Assembly: GCA_946965045.2 (NCBI GenBank)
Contig: OX337229.1
Coordinates: 3,720,001-3,784,000 of the forward strand
Direction: 5' to 3'
Origin: Epithemia pelagica
Lineage: Eukaryota > Protista > Bacillariophyta
DNA length: 64,000 nucleotides
Shown here: piece after piece, positions 56,821-64,000 of the stretch
Position numbering within the stretch: position 1 is the first letter of the stretch
Layout of the letters: each line of letters opens with the position of its first letter
Notes under the pieces: model-generated
What the model saw: the letters and a program-made list of their open reading frames with translations, nothing else
What the model was told of the DNA's origin: nothing
Database searches by the model: none
Program-made: the position numbers and the translations under genes

Positions 56821-58828
56821 TCAAGCGAAATGACCTCTCTTGTGGCTTTGGCTTCTGGAGAAGCTCTCGTGGTCTCCCCACGTATCGCGGTAGTAGGAAC
56901 TTCCTTCGCCAGACCGCATGGCCATGATTCCAGAGTTCGCACGTGAAATTCGTCCCGCCTCTGCCACCGCATTTGCTGAAGCGGAAACTGCTGCTCCACT
57001 GCTGAAAGGGGAATGAACGTTTCTGGGTGGTATCCAAACCTTGCGGTAGTACAGCTTCTTGGTCAAATAGCCCGCATAAACAGCCAAGCAAATAAACGTT
57101 CCTATCGAGAAAAAGAGCCCAAGTCGTTGGCCGGTGCCCAACCGATACGATCCGAACATGTGCGAGAAACCGCCTTTCCCTTGCAGATACACTACCCCAT
57201 ATTCATTATATGCTTGATCATGAATACTTTCAATAAATGAACAAACATTCTCTTCATTGTTTTCTTGGTTGATCTCATCATCCTGGTATGACGTGAAAGA
57301 GCGTCAGCGATTGGCTGATCTCACAAGTAAAAATTTCGGGGCTGTATCACTTACTGTGTACTCCAGTATGTTGGCCGCATAGAGGTTGCATTTCGCACTA
57401 TTCTGGTATAGGACAGTGCAGAGCGGGTATGTGAGGTCTTGGTCAGCCTTAAGAGCATCATCGGTGATTAAAGAGAACCCATCAGATGCTGAACACGAAA
57501 GACAAGTCTTGTCGTAGTAGCTCTGAAGCTCGCCATCATCAAAGTTCTGTCCCGTGAATTCGGATATGTCAACTTCGTCTCCAATAAAATCAGAGCAATA
57601 CTGGTCGGAATATATTCCAATCCCGATTGAGGAGCCATCAGAGCGGCAGTGTGGAGCAAGATAAACAGCGTTGTTGCCAACTGTGAATTTCGAGCATGAA
57701 AAGTAATTTTCGTAAAACGTTGCATTTGGATTGAAAGTTTTACATGCCGACCGGAAATTAGTGCAGACATTTTCAAATATGCATTTTCCAGTGTCCTCGT
57801 CTTCATACCATGCCTTGTCACCCTCGAAATCATCATCCTGGGAACAAGCGTGGTTAGATTCTTGAACTGATTGGATACATACCATTGTTTCGATCACTTA
57901 CTCCATAGCTGAAATTGTAGCCCTTTTCTCCGTAGTAGTAGCTCGCTGCCCCACCTCCTTGTTTGTAGTACGAATATCCGGTTTTTCTCTGTGTCATACC
58001 GAGATTTCGATTCCCACCGTCATCGTTCCAGTTCGGTTCCCCCCAATACCTATTAAAACCTGAAACATGTTGAGAGGGAAAACGTCAACTTCACACCACG
58101 AACTCAACAACATCCGTACCTGCCCAGTAGTCATCACCAAAGGCACTATTATCGTAGGCATCGGAGGCGTTTCCATACATCACAGCACCATCGTCGTCAT
58201 CTGCAGCTGCTTGGTCTTGGTCGTTATTTTCCGCGGGGTTGTAGTAGTCCAGTTGCATGCAGTGGTAACAAGTCTTGCAGTATCGACTGAACTGTTGAAA
58301 ATGGTATTCCGCCATAAGGCCAAGGTAATCCTCCATAGGAATCATGTATTCTCCGAAGTTGTAGTCGCATCCACGCTTATTGTAGGCAGAGCAGGAGTCA
58401 GCTTGACAGAGTCGAAAGGTAACGAATCGATCCATTCGGAGAGGTGATTCGTCGTCATTCATTGCCATGTAATCATCATATTTCTTAATATTTTGGCAGG
58501 CTGTATATTTGATGGCCATACTTTCCAGGTTCTCGACGACGTTCCAATCGTTTACATCCTCATATTTGAAATACTGCGCGTCGTTTTCAAGGCGACGATC
58601 ACCTGGAGACGTAACTCTCTGAGCAAGTTGAAGAATTCTTTCCATGAGCGATTTCCGTCGTGCCGCACGTTCTCTTTCTTCTTCTACCTCTCTCATGGCA
58701 CGAACGAAATCGTTCCGATAAGTCCGTTCTGAGCCAGATTTGACATCACTCTGTCCAAAGAACGCATTCGCTAGGCTACATCCTATCAAAGTCAAGGCCA
58801 TCACACTCGCACAAGCCCGTTTACGCAT
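56821..58828 (-). CDS. Secreted/type I membrane cysteine-rich protein of a type common in diatoms, multi-exon, function unknown
   Basis: Signal peptide (58828), IKYTACQ...VTFRLCQADSC...GEYMIPMEDY, YLAPHC..IGIGIYSDQYCS, C-terminal TM (GLFFSIGTFICLAVYAGYL), across ORFs 58091, 57304 and 56821. Confidence 0.75.
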
Positions 58829-59229
58829 CTTGTTCTGTAGAGATTTTCAAAGATATCAGATTGTTGGTTTAGTGGCGCTCCTATGCAAGCAAATGTATCA
58901 TAACGAGGACTGGATGCAATCCTTCAGTTCGGAGAGGCCCCAAAGCTTCAGATAACCCAATGCAAAAGAAGATGTTTGTTTGTTAAAATGCCGGCTTGGA
59001 TATCGTCGCCAGTTGCACGGCGGGCAGGCCAGGAACTACACGTGCAGGGCCGTAGAGTGTTAATTGGATTGATTTTTGGTCACACTGAGGCCGTGAACTG
59101 AAATAATCTGGATGAATAATTAGCTACTCAATATCATATACCTTGAGTTTTGAATAGGAAATAAGAGTCCGCTCAGAAAATTCGAATTTTTGTGCATCGT
59201 CTGCCGTCTGTCCTTCTACCACTTCCTTC

Positions 59230-60675
59230 TTGCAGCAGGGAATGGGAATGGGACATGGGAGGAGGGCGAGAAAAAAAATCATAGGTTATCATATGGAGGG
59301 GCCAACAGACAAGGCAAAGGACGCGATCAGAGAGGTGGCCGATTTCCCAGATTTGTCTGTTTTCCGGTCTCGGATTGAGCGTCCTGCGGTGAGGGTACCT
59401 ATCCGGAAAACGGCAGACTTAAGGCGTCGACTAAAGACGAAGCTTCTACGAATACCCAAAACCAAGAATGTTTATGACGATCTGGATGATCCAAACGCCT
59501 TCCGGCTGTTGGTTCTCGAAGAGAAGAATGGCTTAATGGATCCACTTGTAGTGGAAGCTATCGAAGAATCTAGAACAGCGCAAGAAGGTTCACGAATAAC
59601 TTCAGTCAAGTCATACACGGTTGAAGTATCTTACGAGTCCCTTTCTGTCGAAGATGTACTAAAGGTGATATTGAAGTACAAGGTGGAAGAGATACCTTCG
59701 TCGTTTGAGGCCGTGGGTCACGTTGCACATGTCAACTTGAGACAAGATTGTCGGCCCTACAAATATTGGATAGGCAAAGTCATTTTGGACAAGAATAAAC
59801 CAAGGATCCGCACTGTTGTCAATAAACTTGGTACAATCAACAACGAATATCGAACATTTGGGATGGAGGTGATTGGCGGATATCAAGGAAAGAACTGGTC
59901 AATTGTGAGTGTCAAAGAAGAAAGGTGTTTGTTTCAGCTTGATTTTCAGAAAGTCTATTGGAACTCCCGACTTGCCGGAGAACACAAACGGCTGGTGCAA
60001 CGAATAATGGGAGAATCAAAAAGCAAGCCTGCATCTGAAACGGTTGTGGCTGATGTGATGGCCGGAGTCGGCCCATTTGCAGTGCCGTTAACCGCTGGTC
60101 ATACAAAGGTAATCGTTCATGCAAACGATCTCAATCCTGTATCGTACGAATATTTGAAAATCAACTGCACCAAAAACAAGTGTGGTGGTTTAGAGTTGTA
60201 CAATCAAGATGGACGAGCATTTGTACATGAGATAATGATGAAGCTGAAGAAAAAGGATATCAAGCAGGTATCTCATTTTATCATGAACTTACCCGCCAGT
60301 GCCCCAGAGTTCTTGGATGCGTTTCGAGGTTATCCCTTTGAACTGGACGATACTGACAACCAGACAGCTCTGAAATCAGTACATGCTCGCCCATGGGTTC
60401 ACACGTACTGCTTCGCTCCAAAAACTGCGCACAATCAGAACTATGGTTGTGCTGTTGATCGATGTACGAAAGCGTTGGGATGTAACCTAGACAGGAATCT
60501 AGATGAACTCGAAATCCGTGTGGTTCGTGACGTCTCTCCCAGCCAAAACATGATATGTGTGAGCTTCAAATTACCTGTTGAAGTCGCAGAACTACCCAAA
60601 GTTGCAGTCAACAAAGGCTTGGATGAGAATCACAACGAAGAGGTTATTCGCTCCTCTAAACGGCAGAAGCTGTAG
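59230..60675 (+). CDS. TRM5: tRNA (guanine37-N1)-methyltransferase Trm5 (Met-10+ like); start ATG at 59242 or 59293
   Basis: IPSSFEAVGHVAHVNL, RTVVNK, EYRTFGMEVIGG, DFQKVYWNSRL, DVMAGVGPFAVP, ANDLNP, IMNLPASA. Confidence 0.92.
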   Translation: MQQGMGMGHGRRARKKIIGYHMEGPTDKAKDAIREVADFPDLSVFRSRIERPAVRVPIRKTADLRRRLKTKLLRIPKTKNVYDDLDDPNAFRLLVLEEKNGLMDPLVVEAIEESRTAQEGSRITSVKSYTVEVSYESLSVEDVLKVILKYKVEEIPSSFEAVGHVAHVNLRQDCRPYKYWIGKVILDKNKPRIRTVVNKLGTINNEYRTFGMEVIGGYQGKNWSIVSVKEERCLFQLDFQKVYWNSRLAGEHKRLVQRIMGESKSKPASETVVADVMAGVGPFAVPLTAGHTKVIVHANDLNPVSYEYLKINCTKNKCGGLELYNQDGRAFVHEIMMKLKKKDIKQVSHFIMNLPASAPEFLDAFRGYPFELDDTDNQTALKSVHARPWVHTYCFAPKTAHNQNYGCAVDRCTKALGCNLDRNLDELEIRVVRDVSPSQNMICVSFKLPVEVAELPKVAVNKGLDENHNEEVIRSSKRQKL

Positions 60676-60792
60676 CAATTTTCCGTACAACTTCCAATTG
60701 GGCGATCAAACTCAACCACAGCTCCGATTTCATCTTCCCAGGACCATGCTTCCCAAAGAGAAACAGTTCGCAGTTGTACGTGCAACGGCATT

Positions 60793-61998
60793 TTACGAAG
60801 ACATTTCATGTGGTAGCCATTCTTCAGGTGTGGGTTCCCGGTAACGTCCTTTAAAGCATGCGTGTCTGTTCTTTTGAAGGAAAACGAGTAACCCGGACAG
60901 AAGAGAGCACCGCATTTTTATATTCGACGTGTTCTCAAAGACCATTAAGGGTGGAAGACGAAGATAAAGTCTTAGTAAGAACTCGCATCCATATATTTCG
61001 GCCATTGATGTTTTCGATTGCGCTGCTTTTCGTTTCAAAAATTGATACTGCGGGCGTTCTTGCGGGTACAGCAAAATCTTTGGAAGAGCTGATTCAAATA
61101 ACTTGCACAATTCAGTGCAAAACTCTTCGGCATCACTCCTTGAAGGATAGATAGTTGTAGCGTCGGGCTCGTTTGCTCTGTTGTCTTCCTTTGAGTCTCC
61201 TTGAGACTGTTGGGTTTGAGCCACACTAGACGTGAATTGTTCGTGCCTCTTGCAGAAGTGGTTCAACGCATATTTTATTGAGACATCCGCTGGAAGCTCA
61301 TGAAGAAGGCGGGGTGGTGTACAGTTTGGTCGTTCTTCGGCGTTGGTAGAAGAGTGCATATCGTAGGTATAAGGCAATTCGTGTCCTCGTCTCGTTATAT
61401 GCCCTTTCTCGTCCAGCAAAACAATTTTCAGTGAGAGTGGAAGTATACACAAGTCCTCATAGACGGACAGAATTGATGTTGTGGCTGATCCATTCCCTCG
61501 ATTCGCGTTGCTATCATCTCGTTTTCGCTTGACACCGGCCTTGCTGTTGAAGCCCGATGACTCATTCGACGGAAGAATCATGTCCGATCCTTTTTTAATG
61601 CTTGAGGATCCCGTGCGACAAGAAACTTCCAAAAGATTGGAATCTTCAAGAGCCTTTCTATTGCTCTGCGACATTAACAGAACTCGATCCTCTCCAAGCC
61701 ATTTATCCCAACGAGAATTCCATCCATGATAATGAACTTTGTACTGCCATGCACAAGGATTTCCGGAACCATCCACTCGTCTGAAGGCACGGATTGTCGC
61801 CGGATAGTAAGTGCTATCCGTTGCCTCTTTGCCACCATCTTTGGCAAAAACACGATCATCGATTTCAAAACGCGGCTCTGTTGTCGGAGTGTCACCTAGG
61901 TTTTCCCTCTTGCTATAGTTCAGGCACGGTGAGCCTTCTGCACTCGGTGCTGCAGTAGGCGCACAACCCTTTGAAGTTTCTTCTGAAGAGCTCTCCAT
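60793..61998 (-). CDS. EAF3: MRG-family protein (chromo-barrel + MRG domain; Eaf3/MRG15-like)
   Basis: FEIDDRVFA...YYPATI...YKVHYHGWNSRWDKWL; MRG domain LPLSLKIVLLDE, LLYPQERPQY, IYGCEFLLRLYLRLP. Confidence 0.88.
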   Translation of the reverse strand: MESSSEETSKGCAPTAAPSAEGSPCLNYSKRENLGDTPTTEPRFEIDDRVFAKDGGKEATDSTYYPATIRAFRRVDGSGNPCAWQYKVHYHGWNSRWDKWLGEDRVLLMSQSNRKALEDSNLLEVSCRTGSSSIKKGSDMILPSNESSGFNSKAGVKRKRDDSNANRGNGSATTSILSVYEDLCILPLSLKIVLLDEKGHITRRGHELPYTYDMHSSTNAEERPNCTPPRLLHELPADVSIKYALNHFCKRHEQFTSSVAQTQQSQGDSKEDNRANEPDATTIYPSRSDAEEFCTELCKLFESALPKILLYPQERPQYQFLKRKAAQSKTSMAEIYGCEFLLRLYLRLPPLMVFENTSNIKMRCSLLSGLLVFLQKNRHACFKGRYREPTPEEWLPHEMSS

Positions 61999-62373
61999 AT
62001 TCTTCGCGACGGGAGACGGGATATCTTGTCCTGTGTTGTTGTGGTAGGAGTACTTTTTATTTTTGTTATGCGTTCTCCGTGGTCGCCATTGTGGAGGATA
62101 AACGCTTCCGCGACCGCAATAGATTTTGTGGGGTCATCCTACCTCCTAGCGGAAGCGTGAGTCGTGCTCGTGAATGAGAGTGGTTTAACTACACAGCATG
62201 AATCACGATCAACCTGGACTCATGCTTCCGCTAGGGGGTAAGGTCGTCCCTGTAGGATATTATTTTGTAGACGACCAGACCAATCGAATCGGAACTTTTT
62301 GGATTCTTCTTCGGCATTTCTTTTGGATCCATTTTCGTGGTCTGTTGCTCAGGAAGTCGCTGGAGTAACAAGG

Positions 62374-63950
62374 ATGCCGAAATACAATCATCACACAATG
62401 TTTATTTTCCTTCTAGTACTCCTGACCGTGGAAGTGGTGTTGTCATCTCATAGAGACAGCGTCGTGTTGTCCGCATCCGAGTTCCATCCATCAAAGTTGA
62501 CACATGTACCTACCCGGAAGCACCGAGTGGTCGGCGAGATTCCCTCACGAGATCTAAATGTACGAGGTGGAAACAAGGAATCCGATAAAACCCAGAAGAA
62601 TGAGGCTGCTACCAGTACAGAAGGAAGCACCTCAATGACGGCATCTGTTTTCAACTTGGTAAACAACGTGGCAGGAGCGGGGATACTGGCTCTATCGGCG
62701 GCGCAGGCAGCCGGAACTGGGTGGATTCCCTCAATAGCTATTTGTTCAGCTCTTGGAGCAATCTCTGCGAGAACCTTTGTCATGGTTGGAGAGTCATGCG
62801 ATATGCTAAACGAGAGAGATTTCAAGGTAACTTGGACAGCATCTCGGAGTATTGACTCTGTTCACGACAAGTTCTCATACTTCTATTCTGTTGTTCACGT
62901 TAGGGTTTATGGATGAGGACCGTGTCCAAGGAATCAGCATTCTTTGTTGATGCTATTGTAGCAATGCTGTGCTTGGCAGTCAGCATCATCTATTCAGGAA
63001 TCTTAGGGGATGTTTCCACGTTCTTGTTGGCGCAGACTGGCCTTCCTGAACGGTTCAACACTCGCAATTCGAATATTCTTATCACAACGATCTCTCTTCT
63101 CCTTCCAATGGGTGTCATTAAGGACCTCTCCGTTCTTGCGTTCACGTCTATTTTGGGATTTTGCGCTGTGATGTACACAGTTTTGCTAATTGTCGGCAGA
63201 GCTATTGATGGGACGTACAAAACCGGTACGGGTATGTTTGTCAAGGATGGAGTACTACTTCAAGCGATGCCTTCTTTTGAAAACCAGTCGCTATGGAACA
63301 TAGACTTTGCAAGCCTTGTGCTGACCTCGACTTTAGGACTTGCCTACATCTCCCACTATAATGCTCCCATCTTCTATCGGCAACTTGAAAATGCTTCGCC
63401 TCGCCGATTTGGTAAGCTGGTCTACTCCTCTTTCACTTTCCTCACATTTCTTTACGTTGTTACAATGGGCGCTGGATATAGTACATTTGGAGATAACTGT
63501 ATGGGCAACATCCTGCTGAACTATCATCCCAAGGACTTACTTGCCACTTTCGGACGAGTGGCGACTTGGTTCTCAATTCTTTTTGGTTTTCCTCTGGTCT
63601 CGGGAGGTGCCAGAGAGGGGCTGATTGGAGCTGCCACAAGCCTTGGTTACCCGCAGATTGGAGATGATCGATACAATTTTCCACTTGTTGTTGGCATTCT
63701 GACGTTTGTTTCAGTAATCGCATGTGCAGTGAAGGACGTGTCGTTTGTGGTTGGACTCGCTGGAGCATTGTTCGGATCCTTCATTGTGTACATTTGTCCA
63801 ACCATTATCTATGTGAAGACGGTTGAGTTGACGAGAGGCAATGCTTCAAAAGAGTACAAAAATGCGCGATGGAACTACGCTTTGGTTCCGTTTGGTATTT
63901 TTATCGGTGCATTAGGTGTTTACATGACAGTAAAAGAAGCATCTACTTAG
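62374..63950 (+). CDS. Amino acid transporter (Aa_trans/AAAP family) with N-terminal signal; intron 62827-62903
   Basis: SVFNLVNNVAGAGILAL, AYISHYNAPIFYRQL, GAGYSTFG, GNILLNY, FVVGLAGALFGSFIVYICP; multiple TM helices. Confidence 0.9.
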
Positions 63951-64000
63951 TAAAGAGATGGCTAAGGGCACAATGAAGGCGCCAGTTGTATTAGCGCCCG

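Overview
Eukaryotic nuclear DNA, most likely from a diatom or other stramenopile. This is inferred from short GT-AG introns, a bipartite plastid-targeting presequence, a BiP ending DDEL and a CoDi-type Ty1/copia element. Positions 1-34 kb and 54.6-64 kb are gene-dense housekeeping regions: an UNC-93-like MFS transporter, BIG/Sec7 ARF-GEF, a membrane-anchored GH28, a histidine-phosphatase-fold protein, PDZ+CRAL-TRIO, BiP, a CaMK-like kinase, a CHD remodeller, a TPR protein, GT34, Trm5, MRG/Eaf3 and an amino-acid transporter. Positions 34-54.6 kb are an accessory island of nested mobile DNA. It holds a decayed Crypton-type tyrosine recombinase (YR) gene with a GCR1_C-like tail, into whose catalytic HxxR motif a 473-bp TIR element has inserted. 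Three tightly packed intronless orphan genes follow the YR gene: a beta-rich ORF, a KOW/SH3-like plus coiled-coil ORF and an acidic PIP-box ORF. The middle orphan is split by a recently inserted 9.07-kb copia (783-bp LTRs, GAAGT TSD). That copia has an unrecognised intact first ORF, a primer-binding site that looks complementary to the anticodon arm of tRNA-Asn (half-tRNA priming), a chromodomain-like integrase tail and a triplicated RT-end/RNase H segment. The best candidates for undescribed biology are (i) a cargo-carrying Crypton-like element and (ii) the tRNA-Asn-half-primed copia with an extra ORF. All domain calls come from motif recognition by eye; no searches were run.
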